From assembly GCA_963814585.1 (NCBI GenBank), contig CAWFDF010000003.1, forward strand, positions 484,920 through 548,919: a stretch of DNA of 64,000 nt. The letters are read 5' to 3'. The notes under the pieces are model-generated. The model saw nothing but the letters and a program-made list of their open reading frames with translations. It did not search any database and was not told the origin of the DNA. Made by a program: the position numbers and the translations under genes. Each line of letters opens with the position of its first letter. Positions within the stretch are counted from its first letter, which is position 1. The DNA comes from an uncultured delta proteobacterium (GTDB taxonomy: Bacteria; Myxococcota; Myxococcia; Myxococcales; Anaeromyxobacteraceae). Of this stretch, positions 21,018 through 33,649 are shown piece after piece.

Positions 21018-21833
21018 ATGACGAAGGCCCGGCTCCTGGTCTGGCTGGCGATGATCGCGCCCGCCCTGGGCTGTGCCAGCTCGTGCTCCCGCAAGCGGCC
21101 GGCCGGCGTTCCCGCGCCGACCGGCCTCTCTCACGAGTCGCTCGAGGATGGCGGGATCACCTACCGCTACGCCGTCCACGTGCCGCGAGGCTACGACCCG
21201 GCCCGGGCCTGGCCGGTGGTGGTCTTCCTGCACGGCCGCGGGGAGAGCGGCACGGACGGGACCCGGCACGTCACCCAGGGGGTCGGGGCCGCCGTGCTCC
21301 GGGTCGTGGAGGCGTGGCCGGTGATCGCGATCTTCCCGCAGCGGCCGACGCTCCACTCGGAGTGGGAGCAGCACGAGCCGGCGGTGATGGCGATGCTGGC
21401 GCGGGCCGCCTCGCGCCACCACGTCGACCTGGACCGGCTCTACCTCGCCGGGCTCTCGCGGGGGGGCCACGGCGTGTGGGTCCTCGGGGCGCACCACCCG
21501 GAGACCTGGGCCGCGCTGGTCCCCGTCTGTGGCTACGTCTCGGCGGGCCGCGAGGTCGCGCCGGGCCTGCCCCCACCCTTCAACGGCACGCCCGCCGAGC
21601 TGGCCCCGGCACTCTCGAGGGTGCCGATCTGGGCCTTCCACGGCGCGGCCGACGAGGTGGTGTCGCCGCAGGAGACGCGCGACATGGTGGCCGCGATCGA
21701 GGCCGCGGGGGGCGCGCCTCGCATGACGATCCTGCCCGGCGTCGGCCACGACGCCGGGGACCCCGCCTTCCGCGACGGCGGCCTCCGGGACTGGCTGCTG
21801 GCGCAGCGCCGGCCCGCCGGCCGGCGGCGCTGA
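21018..21833 (+). CDS. Secreted alpha/beta hydrolase (predicted peptidase/carboxylesterase)
   Basis: VFLHGRGE, GLSRGG nucleophile, WAFHGAADEVV, GVGH; N-terminal signal or lipobox. Confidence 0.85.
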   Translation: MTKARLLVWLAMIAPALGCASSCSRKRPAGVPAPTGLSHESLEDGGITYRYAVHVPRGYDPARAWPVVVFLHGRGESGTDGTRHVTQGVGAAVLRVVEAWPVIAIFPQRPTLHSEWEQHEPAVMAMLARAASRHHVDLDRLYLAGLSRGGHGVWVLGAHHPETWAALVPVCGYVSAGREVAPGLPPPFNGTPAELAPALSRVPIWAFHGAADEVVSPQETRDMVAAIEAAGGAPRMTILPGVGHDAGDPAFRDGGLRDWLLAQRRPAGRRR

Positions 21834-21841
21834 CGCGGCGG

Positions 21842-23320
21842 TCACATCCCCAGCAGCCGGAGCAGCCGCGCCTGCATGGCCTTCTTGCGCGGCCCGTCGG
21901 CGCAGGCCTCGATGGCCCTCGCCCAGGCCTCGCGGGCGCTCTTCTTGAAGCCGAGCTGCTCCCAGGTCTGCGCCAGGTGCTGGTGGGCCGCGTCGACGTC
22001 GGGCCGCAGCTCGGTGGAGCGCGAGTAGGCCGCGGCGGCCTCGAAGAGCAGCCCCTGCCGGGCCAGCGCCTGGCCCAGGTAGTAGTGGGCCTCGGCCGAG
22101 AACTGGTCGCGGGCGCAGGCCTGGCGCAGGTGGGCGGTGGCCTCCTCCAGCTTCCCGGCGCGCAGCGCCAGCGCGCCGGCCCGCCAGGCCGTGGCCGCCT
22201 CGGCCCGCCGGGCCGCGTCGGCCGGGTCGCCGGCCGGCCCGAGCAGCAGCACCTTGGCGACCCGGGTGGCCTCCTCGCGGCGGATGGGCTTCTCCAGGAA
22301 GGCGTCGGCGCCGAAGGCTTGCTGCGCGTCGGCGGCCGCGGTGCCGCGGTGGACGCCGCTCAGGAGCGCCACCTGCGTCGTCCGCAGCACCGGATCGCCC
22401 TTGATGGCCCGGCAGACGTCGAACCCCTGCATCATCGGCAGCATGGCCTCCATCACCACCAGGTCCGGGCGCGCGTCCCGGGTGATGTCGAGGGCGGAGC
22501 GGCCGTTGGCCACCTGCAGCACCGTGCAGCCGAGCGTGCCGAGCAGCTCCGCCAGCTCCTCGCGCGCCTCGACGTGGTCGTCCGCCACCAGCACCAGCTT
22601 GCCGGCGCCGGCCCCCTCCAGCCGCACCGTCGGCGTGGCGCGCTGGCCGCGCGGCGCGGCCAGGGCAGGCTGGAGCTCGGGCGGGCGGGTGAGCCGCGCC
22701 GGCGTCGGCGCCGCGAAGGGCGTCTCCATCGACTGGGAGAGCGGTATCAGCTCGATGTGCTCGCCGGCCTCGGGGAGGTCGGAGATCTCGGGGAGGTCGG
22801 AGGCCTCGGCCTTGCCGGCGCGGTGGACCACCCCGACCCAGGCCGCGGCCGGATCCGGGAGCGCCGGCGCCTGCGGCCCGCGCCACGCCGGGGCGAAGCG
22901 CTGCTTCTCCTTCAGCAGGCCGTCGAGGGCGCGCTCGACGGCGGCCGGGACGGCGGCGTAGCGGAGCACCTTCCTCCCGGTGACGAAGCGCAGCTCGTCG
23001 GCCAGCGCCGTGTCGTCGGGATCGGCCATGGCCAGCACCAGCTCGGCGCGGCCGACCGAGACCGGCAGCACCTTCTGCTGGCGGCAGAAGCCGTGGGCCA
23101 CCACGCCGAGGTTGGCGACCGGGATCACGCTGCGCGAGAGGTCGACGCCCGGGCAGTCGTGGAGCTCGACCAGCGCCTTGACCAGCGCCCCTTCGGTGGC
23201 CAGCCCGAGCCGCAGCGCGGCCGAGGCCACGTCGCCGTCGTGGGAGGCCGCCAGCGCCTGCGCCGCTCCCTGGGCGGTGAGCGTCCCGGTGCGGACCAGG
23301 TAGCCGGCGAGGTCGGGCAT
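21842..23320 (-). CDS. MshEN/T2SSE_N-like domain + receiver domain + TPR protein
   Basis: N-terminal VLPV...LVLAMADP...ELRFVTG (GSPII_N type); VLVADD...PDLVVMEAMLP...GADAFLEKP receiver; AEAHYYLGQ TPR helices. Confidence 0.82.
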   Translation of the reverse strand: MPDLAGYLVRTGTLTAQGAAQALAASHDGDVASAALRLGLATEGALVKALVELHDCPGVDLSRSVIPVANLGVVAHGFCRQQKVLPVSVGRAELVLAMADPDDTALADELRFVTGRKVLRYAAVPAAVERALDGLLKEKQRFAPAWRGPQAPALPDPAAAWVGVVHRAGKAEASDLPEISDLPEAGEHIELIPLSQSMETPFAAPTPARLTRPPELQPALAAPRGQRATPTVRLEGAGAGKLVLVADDHVEAREELAELLGTLGCTVLQVANGRSALDITRDARPDLVVMEAMLPMMQGFDVCRAIKGDPVLRTTQVALLSGVHRGTAAADAQQAFGADAFLEKPIRREEATRVAKVLLLGPAGDPADAARRAEAATAWRAGALALRAGKLEEATAHLRQACARDQFSAEAHYYLGQALARQGLLFEAAAAYSRSTELRPDVDAAHQHLAQTWEQLGFKKSAREAWARAIEACADGPRKKAMQARLLRLLGM

Positions 23321-23376
23321 GGGCCGATGCTAGCCCGCCCCGGGAGCGGGTGGAAATCGCGCCCCGGCGGGCCTCC

Positions 23377-24201
23377 TCAGCCGGCCGCCGGCGGCGCGCC
23401 GTCCCGCCCCAGGCGGCGCCGCAGCTCCTCGACGTCGCGCACCAGCCGCTCCAGCGCCAGCTCGTTCTTCAGGTTGACCCGGTAGTCGGCCTCGGCGGCC
23501 GCCCGGTCGGCGGCCACCTCGCGGTTCTGCGCCATCATCAGCAGGGGGCCCTGCAGGGCCACCAGCACCGCCAGCACCAGGTTGAAGAAGACGAAGGGGT
23601 ACGGATCGAAGGCGCGGTCCGTGGCGACGTTGAACACGGACCAGGCCGCGGTGGCGACCACCAGGAAGGCGACGAAGCCCCAGCTCCCGTTCCAGCGGGC
23701 CACCCGCACCGCCACCCTGTCGGAGAGGCCCTGGGCGGCGTCGAGCTCCTGCACCACGTTGCGGCTGGCCCGCTCCGACAGCAGCTCGGCCGAGTGCCGC
23801 AGCAGCGCCGACAGCGACTCCACCAGCGCCCGCGCCCCCTGCGGCGAGCCCAGCACCACCTCGAGGAAGTCCTGCCGGGACAGGGTGAAGAGGCGGGAAT
23901 CGGTGATCGCCACCACCGAGGCGGTGCGGGGGCCGCCGTCCACCACCGCCAGCTCGCCGAAGTGCTCCCCCGGGCCCAGCCGGCCCAGCACCACCCGCGG
24001 CGCGCCGCCCTCGGCGGGCAGGAAGGCCTCCACCGTCCCGGTGGCCATCACGAAGAGCTGGTCGCCCGGGTCGCCCCGGCTGAACACCATGCCGCCGGCC
24101 GGCACGCGGAGGTCGCCGAGCCGCTCCCGCACCCGCGCCCGGTCCGCCTGGGGGAGGGCCTGGAGGAGCGGGATCCGGTCGAGGAGGGTGGCGATGGGCA
24201 T
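23377..24201 (-). CDS. Cyclic-nucleotide-binding domain + DUF1003 membrane protein
   Basis: GEHFGELAVVDGGPRTASV (cNMP cassette); GSWGF...FDPYPFVFFNL...LQGPLLMMAQNR (DUF1003). Confidence 0.88.
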   Translation of the reverse strand: MPIATLLDRIPLLQALPQADRARVRERLGDLRVPAGGMVFSRGDPGDQLFVMATGTVEAFLPAEGGAPRVVLGRLGPGEHFGELAVVDGGPRTASVVAITDSRLFTLSRQDFLEVVLGSPQGARALVESLSALLRHSAELLSERASRNVVQELDAAQGLSDRVAVRVARWNGSWGFVAFLVVATAAWSVFNVATDRAFDPYPFVFFNLVLAVLVALQGPLLMMAQNREVAADRAAAEADYRVNLKNELALERLVRDVEELRRRLGRDGAPPAAG

Positions 24202-24239
24202 GCGGGCTTCCGCCGGCGGCCTCGAGGCCGCGCCGGCCG

Positions 24240-25238
24240 TCAGATCTCGGCCTTGGTCTCCCGCATCATCAGCCGGGTGACGGCCTCGCGGGGATCCACG
24301 CCCTCGTAGATGATGCCGTAGACGGTGTCGGTGATGGGCATCTCCACGCCCAGCCGCGCGGCCAGGTCGCGGGTGGAGCGGGCGTTGCGCACGCCCTCCG
24401 CCACCTGCCCCAGCTCGCGCTGGATGTCCTCGAGCTTCTTGCCGGCGGCCAGGCCCCGCCCCACGGTCCGGTTGCGCGACAGGTCGGAGGAGCAGGTCAG
24501 CACCAGGTCGCCCAGCCCGGCCAGGCCGGAGAGGGTGAGGGGGTTGGCCCCCTTCTTCACCGCCAGCCGGCCAATCTCGGCCAGCCCGCGGGTGATCAGG
24601 GCGGCCATGGCGTTGGCGCCGAAGCCGCAGCCGTCGGAGATGCCGGCGGCGATGGCCACCACGTTCTTGACGCAGCCGCCGATCTCGCAGCCGACCACGT
24701 CACCGGAGGTGTAGGGGCGGAAGGTCTTGCAGTGGAAGGCGTCCTGCACCTGCCGGGCGATCCGCTCCCAGCGCGCCGCCACCGTCACCGCGGTGGGCAG
24801 CCCCCTGGCCACCTCCTTGGCGAACGACGGGCCGGAGAGGATGGCGATGTACGGGTGCAGCGGGACCGGGAGCACGTCCTCCAGCACCTCGCTCATGGTC
24901 ATGAGCGTCCCCTCCTCGATCCCCTTGGCGACGCAGACGATGGGCGTCCCGGCGTGGATGTGGCGCTTCATCTCGATGGCCACCTGGCGGACCACGTGCG
25001 ACGGCACCGCCAGCACCAGCAGCTCGGCCCCCTCCAGCGCCTTCTGGATGTCGGGCGAGGCGTGGACGTTGGCCGAGAGGGGGATCCCGGGAAGGTAGCG
25101 CTCGTTCCGGTGGTGGGCGGTGACGTCCCCCAGCACCGCGGTGTCCTTGTCCCAGGCGGTGACGCTGTAGCCCTTGCCTCCCAGCAGCGAGGCGAGGGCG
25201 GTCCCCCAGGAACCGGCTCCGAGCACGGTGGTGCGCAT
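24240..25238 (-). CDS. gpsA: NAD(P)H-dependent glycerol-3-phosphate dehydrogenase
   Basis: [35 protein letters not shown] motifs. Confidence 0.97.
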   Translation of the reverse strand: MRTTVLGAGSWGTALASLLGGKGYSVTAWDKDTAVLGDVTAHHRNERYLPGIPLSANVHASPDIQKALEGAELLVLAVPSHVVRQVAIEMKRHIHAGTPIVCVAKGIEEGTLMTMSEVLEDVLPVPLHPYIAILSGPSFAKEVARGLPTAVTVAARWERIARQVQDAFHCKTFRPYTSGDVVGCEIGGCVKNVVAIAAGISDGCGFGANAMAALITRGLAEIGRLAVKKGANPLTLSGLAGLGDLVLTCSSDLSRNRTVGRGLAAGKKLEDIQRELGQVAEGVRNARSTRDLAARLGVEMPITDTVYGIIYEGVDPREAVTRLMMRETKAEI

Positions 25239-25418
25239 GGTGTTCCTCCCGATGTGAAGTCGAATCCTAGCCCAGGAAGGCCGCCGGCACCCGCTCGTCG
25301 CGCCCCGGCCCGGCGCCGGTCACCTCCCCGGCGAATCCGGCCCCGCTCCGGCCGCCCACCGGCGACGGGCTGGCCCCTTCGAGGGCGGCGACCACCTCGG
25401 GGTGCGGCAAGGCGGCGC

Positions 25419-25452
25419 TTGCCAAGCCCGAACACGGTCTTAGGTTGCCGCC
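25419..25452 (+). promoter_or_regulatory. Putative sigma70-type promoter of clpB, leaderless configuration
   Basis: TTGCCA-N16-TAGGTT-N6-ATG; no SD before the ATG. Confidence 0.5.
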
Positions 25453-28050
<2,598 letters not shown>

Positions 28051-28179
28051 GGCCCCGACCCAGGCAGGCTGCCTGCCGGCGAGAGCCGATCCTCTCGCTG
28101 CGGCGAACGGCCTCGTCACGTCTTCTTGCCTGGGCCCAGGCGCCGGCCGTGATAGCGTTCCACCGCTCGAGGTGGACGC

Positions 28180-29010
28180 ATGCGCTGGCTCCGGAACCTC
28201 TTCTCCCGCCCCGCCCCCACGGCCTCCGCCACGCCGGAGGCGCCGCCCTCCGCGGTCAGGGCCGCCGCCGCGCCGGGCTGGGACTCCTGGCGCGCCCAGG
28301 CGCCGGAGGGGCCGGTGGCGGTGGCGCTCGATCTCTCGCTGGAGGGGTCGGTCCCGGATCGGGCCCGCCCGCACCTGCTGCGGGTCGCCTACCCGCTGGG
28401 CGCCCCCGGCCCCGACGGCCAGCCGACCGCCGCCGAGGGCGAGGCGCTGGCCCGCGTCGAGGACGCGCTCTCGTCGGCGTTCGGCGCCATCGGCGCCGCC
28501 TACGCGGGGAGGATCACCCTGGCCGGGACCCGCGCGCACCTCTTCTACCTGGCCGAGGGCGCCCCGGCCGCCGACGCGCTGGCCGCCGCCGCGCCCGGGC
28601 TGACCGGCTACCAGGTGAGCGCGCAGGGCGAGGCCGACCCGGGCTGGCAGGCCTGGAGCACCGAGCTGGCTCCGCCGCCGCGGGCGCGGCGCTGGATGGA
28701 CGACCGGCGCGAGGTGGAGGCGCTGGCCCGGCAGGGCGAGCGGACCGGGGAGGCCAGGCCGATCGACCACCAGGCCTCCTTCCCCACCGCCGAGGCCCGC
28801 GAGGCCTTCTCCGCCGAGGCGGCCGCGCTCGGCTTCACCCTGGCGGCCCGGCGCGACGACGCCCCGCCCCCGGCCCCCTTCGCCGTCGACCTGCGCCGCG
28901 ACGATCTCCTCACCCTCCGTCACATCCACTCCGTCAGCTGGTCGCTGCTCGAGCTGGCGGCGCGCCACGGCGGCGGCTACGACGGGTGGGAGCCGGGCGA
29001 GCTGGGCTGA
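28180..29010 (+). CDS. DUF695 + RraB-like domain protein
   Basis: GAGG RBS; C-terminal RPIDH...F...ELAARHGGGYDGWE resembles the RraB family. Confidence 0.7.
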   Translation: MRWLRNLFSRPAPTASATPEAPPSAVRAAAAPGWDSWRAQAPEGPVAVALDLSLEGSVPDRARPHLLRVAYPLGAPGPDGQPTAAEGEALARVEDALSSAFGAIGAAYAGRITLAGTRAHLFYLAEGAPAADALAAAAPGLTGYQVSAQGEADPGWQAWSTELAPPPRARRWMDDRREVEALARQGERTGEARPIDHQASFPTAEAREAFSAEAAALGFTLAARRDDAPPPAPFAVDLRRDDLLTLRHIHSVSWSLLELAARHGGGYDGWEPGELG

Positions 29011-29015
29011 GGCCT

Positions 29016-29786
29016 TCAGTCCACCCCGGCCTCGGCGTCGTCGCGGGGCCCGAAGTGGACCTCCTCCAGGCAGAGCCCCTGCGGCGGCGCGGTCGGACCG
29101 GCCAGCGACCGGTCGCGGGTGAGGAGCAGCGGCGGGATCGTCCCGGCGCCGCGCTTCCCCAGCCCCACGTCGCAGAGCGTGCCGGCGATGTTGCGGACCA
29201 TGTGGCGCACGAAGGCGGTGGCCTCCAGCACCAGGTCGATCCGCCCGCCCGTCTCCCCGATCACGTCGCAGCGGCGGACGGTGCGCACCGCGTGGGCGCA
29301 GGCGCAGTCGGCGGCCTGGAAGCAGGCGAAGTCGTGGCGTCCCAGCAGGTGGACGGCGGCGGCGCGCATGGCGCCGGCGTCGAGCGGCCGGAACACCTGC
29401 CAGGCCGCGTTCCGGGAGAGCGGCGCGCGGGTGGGGCCGTTCTCGATCCGGTAGCGGTAACGCTTCCCCGAGGCGCTGCGCCGGGCGTCGAAGCCGTCCG
29501 GCTCGAGCGAGGCGGCGCGCACCGCCACGTCGGGCGGCAGGAGCGCGTTCATCCCCTGCACGTAGGCCTTCACCGGCAGGGGTTCGCGCTCGAAGAACGA
29601 GACCACCTGCCCGAGGGCGTGGACGCCAGCGTCGGTGCGCCCCGCCGCGGTGACCCGGCGCGGGGCCCGGTGCAGCTCCTCCAGGGCCCGCTCCACCTCG
29701 GCCTGGATCGACGGTCCGTTGGGCTGCACCTGCCAGCCCACGTAGCGGGCTCCGTCGTATTCCAGCACGAGCTTCACGACCGGCAC
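29016..29786 (-). CDS. truA: tRNA pseudouridine(38-40) synthase
   Basis: EYDG...GWQVQ, AGRTDAGVHALGQV, FVRHMVR, TAPPQGL motifs. Confidence 0.97.
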   Translation of the reverse strand: MPVVKLVLEYDGARYVGWQVQPNGPSIQAEVERALEELHRAPRRVTAAGRTDAGVHALGQVVSFFEREPLPVKAYVQGMNALLPPDVAVRAASLEPDGFDARRSASGKRYRYRIENGPTRAPLSRNAAWQVFRPLDAGAMRAAAVHLLGRHDFACFQAADCACAHAVRTVRRCDVIGETGGRIDLVLEATAFVRHMVRNIAGTLCDVGLGKRGAGTIPPLLLTRDRSLAGPTAPPQGLCLEEVHFGPRDDAEAGVD

Positions 29787-29938
29787 GCGCGAAATCTACC
29801 ACGGGCCGCGGTGCGCGACCCACGCGGGCCGCGCGGCTCCAGGGCGAGGAGGCGGCCAGGGAGCCGGGAACGGGACCCCACCCTCGGCCGGAGGAGCCCG
29901 ACGCCGCCCGGGCAGCTGAGCCCGGGCCGCGGCCCGGG

Positions 29939-31819
29939 TCAACGCTGGACCGCTGGCTCCTCCAGTCCCGGCGCCAGGCGGCGGGCCATCTCCCTCAGGT
30001 CGCCGCGGCGGGCCAGCACCCTTCGCAGCGACTCCAGCACCGCGGGAGGAGCCTGGGCGCTGAGGTCCACTCGCTCGTCGGGATCGGCCTCGAGGTTGAA
30101 GAGGCGGGCGCCCGCGGTCTCGGTCACGACCCACTTGAACGGCTCCTGGTAGATGGCGAACCCCTCCGGCTCCTTGCCGATGGGGCTGTCGTTGGAGGCG
30201 ATGACCAGCCGGGCCGGGAGCGGCTGCAGCAGGCTGTGGCCGCCGAGCCCGGGGCGGACCGGGCTCTCGGGAAGCGGCCACTCGCCCCACGCGTCGAGGA
30301 GCGTCGGGAAGACGTCCAGGTTGGAGATGCGCTGGATGGAGTTCTGCTGGAGCGCCGGGGCCCGATCGAGCAGGGCCTCGGGCAGGTGGACGAAGAAGGG
30401 GATGCCCAGCACGTCCTCCAGGAAGGACTGGCGCCGCATCGGGCGATCGTCGCGAAAGACCTCCCCGTGGTCGGAGGTGACGATCACCAGCGTGCGCTCG
30501 AGGCGGCCGGTGGCCTCGAGCTCCGCCAGGAGGCGCACCATCTCCTCGTCGAGGAAGCGGGTCGCCGCCTCGCACCGCGCCGGGTCGGGGCGAGAGCTGG
30601 GCCCGCCATCGCGCCACCGGCCAGTGCCCAGCGTCGGCGTCCAGCACGGCCAGTGGGTGGCGTTGAGCTGCAGCAGCATGAAGTAGGGAGGCGACGCCGG
30701 TGCCTGCCTGACGTAGGCCAGGGCCGCGTCGATGGCCAGCCGGTCATCGACCCCGAGCTCGTTCACCCGCTCGACGGGCTGCAGGTAGTCGGGTGCCGTG
30801 ACGACCAGGTCGGGCCTGTCGGCGCCCAGGAAGTACTGGTCGAAGAAGGAGATGTGGAAGCCCTGGGCCGAGATGAGGGCGGTCCGGAGGCCGTTGGCCC
30901 GGGCCTGGTGCCACAGCAGCGGCGCGCGCGCGTAGGCGTCGCGGCTCGAGCCGGGCTCCAGTCCGGTGAGGAGGGAGGGGAGCGAGACGGTGGTGAAGCC
31001 GGCGGAGGCGGAGGCGCGCTGGAACAGGGCAGCGCGCCCCTGGTGTCGGGCCAGGAAGGCCTGGCTGCGTGGCCACTGGGCGCCGACACCGAGCGCCTCG
31101 CGACGCCCCACGCTCTCGTTGAGGATCACGAGGACGTCGAACCGGCTGGCGGGGCCCCGCTCCGCCAGGACGATGCGCTGCGGCGCGGGCAGCGTCCGGG
31201 GATGGGCTCCCTGAAGGAGGTGGGCGCGCGTGCCCATCACGATGGCGCGAAGCCCCAGGAGATCGGCGGAGAGTGGCTTGCCGTACAGGGTCACGCCTCC
31301 GCTCAGGGCCAGGACCAGGGCCAGCCCACCGGCGACCCGGAGGCGCCGTCCCGGGGCCATGAAGCCGCCGGCCAGCCAGAGCAGCGCCGCGGTGAGCAGG
31401 GTCGGCACCAGCACCAGGAGCGCGCGCTGGCCGCCGCTGGTGGCGTCCCGGGCGAGCACCAGCGCCCAGGATGGGTTCTCGAGGGCGAACTCCCATTCCA
31501 GTGACATGAGGTCGGTGCGGAAGAACAGGTAGTACCCCTGGGCTCCCGCCACGGCGAGCGTCACGGCCGCCGAGAACAGCATGGCCAGGCCGAACGCGAG
31601 CGGCCTGGCCGCCGCGCGGAGCCGGCCGAGCACCACCAGGACGGCGGCCCACAGGGCGAGCGACGCCAGGAGGGTCAGGCCATAGCGCGGCCTGAGGACG
31701 GCGTGGCGCACCACCAGGTCGGGGAGCGGGACGACCACCGACCACAGCGCCACGAGGAGGAGGAAGGCGGATCGAGACGTCGGCTGCGAGCGCCACCACG
31801 ATCCCCTGGACGCGACCAC
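29939..31819 (-). CDS. Membrane-anchored sulfatase-fold transferase (LTA synthase/EptA-like)
   Basis: About five N-terminal TM helices; VILNES, FTTVSLPSLLTG (Thr nucleophile position), THWP, TSDHGE, LFNLEADPDE. Start uncertain. Confidence 0.8.
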   Translation of the reverse strand: MVASRGSWWRSQPTSRSAFLLLVALWSVVVPLPDLVVRHAVLRPRYGLTLLASLALWAAVLVVLGRLRAAARPLAFGLAMLFSAAVTLAVAGAQGYYLFFRTDLMSLEWEFALENPSWALVLARDATSGGQRALLVLVPTLLTAALLWLAGGFMAPGRRLRVAGGLALVLALSGGVTLYGKPLSADLLGLRAIVMGTRAHLLQGAHPRTLPAPQRIVLAERGPASRFDVLVILNESVGRREALGVGAQWPRSQAFLARHQGRAALFQRASASAGFTTVSLPSLLTGLEPGSSRDAYARAPLLWHQARANGLRTALISAQGFHISFFDQYFLGADRPDLVVTAPDYLQPVERVNELGVDDRLAIDAALAYVRQAPASPPYFMLLQLNATHWPCWTPTLGTGRWRDGGPSSRPDPARCEAATRFLDEEMVRLLAELEATGRLERTLVIVTSDHGEVFRDDRPMRRQSFLEDVLGIPFFVHLPEALLDRAPALQQNSIQRISNLDVFPTLLDAWGEWPLPESPVRPGLGGHSLLQPLPARLVIASNDSPIGKEPEGFAIYQEPFKWVVTETAGARLFNLEADPDERVDLSAQAPPAVLESLRRVLARRGDLREMARRLAPGLEEPAVQR

Positions 31820-32195
31820 CGCCGAGGAGGCCGCCGGCCTCGATGGGGCCCCGACGTCGGGGGCGTGGGTGATCTCCGTTCCGGGCGTCCGTCAGGGTTC
31901 CTCCCTGCGTCCACGTGCCCACGCTCGTGGCGGAAGGAGTGGCGGTGAGGTGTGCCGCCACGCAGTCTATGCCCGATCGCCTGGAGGTCGACAACCCAGG
32001 CGAGCCGGCACGCCCCGGCGAGGCACGTGCGTCCATGCGCACAGCGTCACCACGCCACACGTGCTGGTCTTCATGGTTCGCAGCCGCAGGCACCCCCTCC
32101 TCGGTCCGGCGGATGCGGGGCGCCGTCGATGGCCCTGCGCCCGTTGACCGCATGGCCTTGGTGACTGGAGGTCACACAGGGGGATCCCCGCGTCC

Positions 32196-33389
32196 ATGGT
32201 AGCGACAAACCTCGGCGGCGTGCCTAACATCGTAACAGCACGGGGGTGTGAGATGTTCACCGTTCGTGAAGTCGCTCCGTCGGGTTCCGCGACGGCGACC
32301 GGGCTGACCATGATCGGCCTCGACGCCATCGCGACGGCCGCGGGTCTCGGTGGTGCGCTGCTGCTGGTCCCGGGGCGAGACGCACCGGGGAGCGTGTCCC
32401 AGCTGTTCATGGCCGCGGCGCCGACGCTGCTGGCCGTTCGCCTCGCCGCAGCCGTCGCCGCCCGCCTGAGCCGCTGGTCGCTCGACGGGCGCGGGCTCCT
32501 CGACCTCACCCGGCTCGTCGTGACCACGCTGGTCGCGACGGCTCCCTTCGCGATGCTCGTCCCCGACCTGCCCCTGCCCGTCTACGCGCTCGAGTGCCTC
32601 CTCACCGGCTCCTTCATGGCCGCGTGGCGGTTCGCGCTTCCCGTCCGGGGCGGGCTCGACCGCTCCAGGTCCCCGGAGTCCGTGGCGCGCTTCCTGGGTT
32701 GCGAGCGGCCGCGCCGCGTCTTCAACGTCCTGGTGGCCCTGGTGGGCCTCGTCCTCACGGTCCCGCTCTGTGCGCTCATCACCGTCGCCATCAAGCTCAC
32801 CTCCCGCGGACCGGTGCTCTACCGGCAGGAGCGGATCGGCCTCGACCTGCGAGCCCACGGGCCCGGGCAGGGGAAACGTCGACGCCAGCACGATCTCGGC
32901 GGCCGACCGTTCATGATGTACAAGTTCCGCACCATGCGCCTGGACGCCGAGGCCGGCACCGGAGCCGTCTGGTCGCCCAAGGACGATCCGCGCGTGCTGC
33001 CGCTGGGCCGGTGCCTGCGTCGCTGCCGGCTCGACGAGCTCCCGCAGCTGCTCAACGTCCTCAAGGGGGACATGAACGTGGTCGGGCCGCGGCCCGAGCG
33101 CGCCTGCATCTTCGCCGAGCTGCGCGGCAAGATCCCGGGCTACCAGCTTCGCCAGCAGGCGCGACCCGGCATCACCGGCTACGCCCAGGTGAACCTGGAG
33201 TACGACTCGACCGTCGAGGACGTGATCGAGAAGCTGAAGTTCGACACGGCCTACGTCCGGCACCAGAGCGTCGCCATGGACCTCCAGATCATGGCGAAGA
33301 CGCTCCCGGTCATGCTCTTCCCCGAGAAGGTGCTGGCGACCCGGGCGAGGCCGGTGGGCCCGCTCGCCTCCGAGAAGGTCGTCCCCTAG
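32196..33389 (+). CDS. Polyprenyl-phosphate sugar phosphotransferase (WcaJ/WbaP-type priming transferase)
   Basis: YRQERIG, YKFRTM, RLDELPQLLNVLKGDMNVVGPRPE, PGITGYAQV motifs. Start uncertain. Confidence 0.92.
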   Translation: MVATNLGGVPNIVTARGCEMFTVREVAPSGSATATGLTMIGLDAIATAAGLGGALLLVPGRDAPGSVSQLFMAAAPTLLAVRLAAAVAARLSRWSLDGRGLLDLTRLVVTTLVATAPFAMLVPDLPLPVYALECLLTGSFMAAWRFALPVRGGLDRSRSPESVARFLGCERPRRVFNVLVALVGLVLTVPLCALITVAIKLTSRGPVLYRQERIGLDLRAHGPGQGKRRRQHDLGGRPFMMYKFRTMRLDAEAGTGAVWSPKDDPRVLPLGRCLRRCRLDELPQLLNVLKGDMNVVGPRPERACIFAELRGKIPGYQLRQQARPGITGYAQVNLEYDSTVEDVIEKLKFDTAYVRHQSVAMDLQIMAKTLPVMLFPEKVLATRARPVGPLASEKVVP

Positions 33390-33649
33390 CCGGGCCTGGG
33401 GCCCTGCAGGGCACGCTTGCCATCCAGGTAGGCCACGATCCGGGCGATGGTCTCGAAGTTCTCGGGGATCAGCTCCTCCTCGGCCACCTGGACGGAGAAG
33501 TGCTCTTCCACGAAGCCGACCACCTCGAGCATGCCGGTGGAGTCGACGTAGCCGCCCTGGATGAGCGAGGTGTCGGCGGTGAGCGCGTCCGCGTCGCTCA
33601 CGTAGAAGTTCTCCACGATGAACTCCTTGAGGCGTCGTTCGGTGTTCAT
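33386..33649 (-). CDS. Stand-alone acyl/aminoacyl carrier protein
   Basis: 87 aa, acidic; GYVDSTGMLE phosphopantetheine Ser motif; PENFETI. Confidence 0.9.
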   Translation of the reverse strand: MNTERRLKEFIVENFYVSDADALTADTSLIQGGYVDSTGMLEVVGFVEEHFSVQVAEEELIPENFETIARIVAYLDGKRALQGPRPG

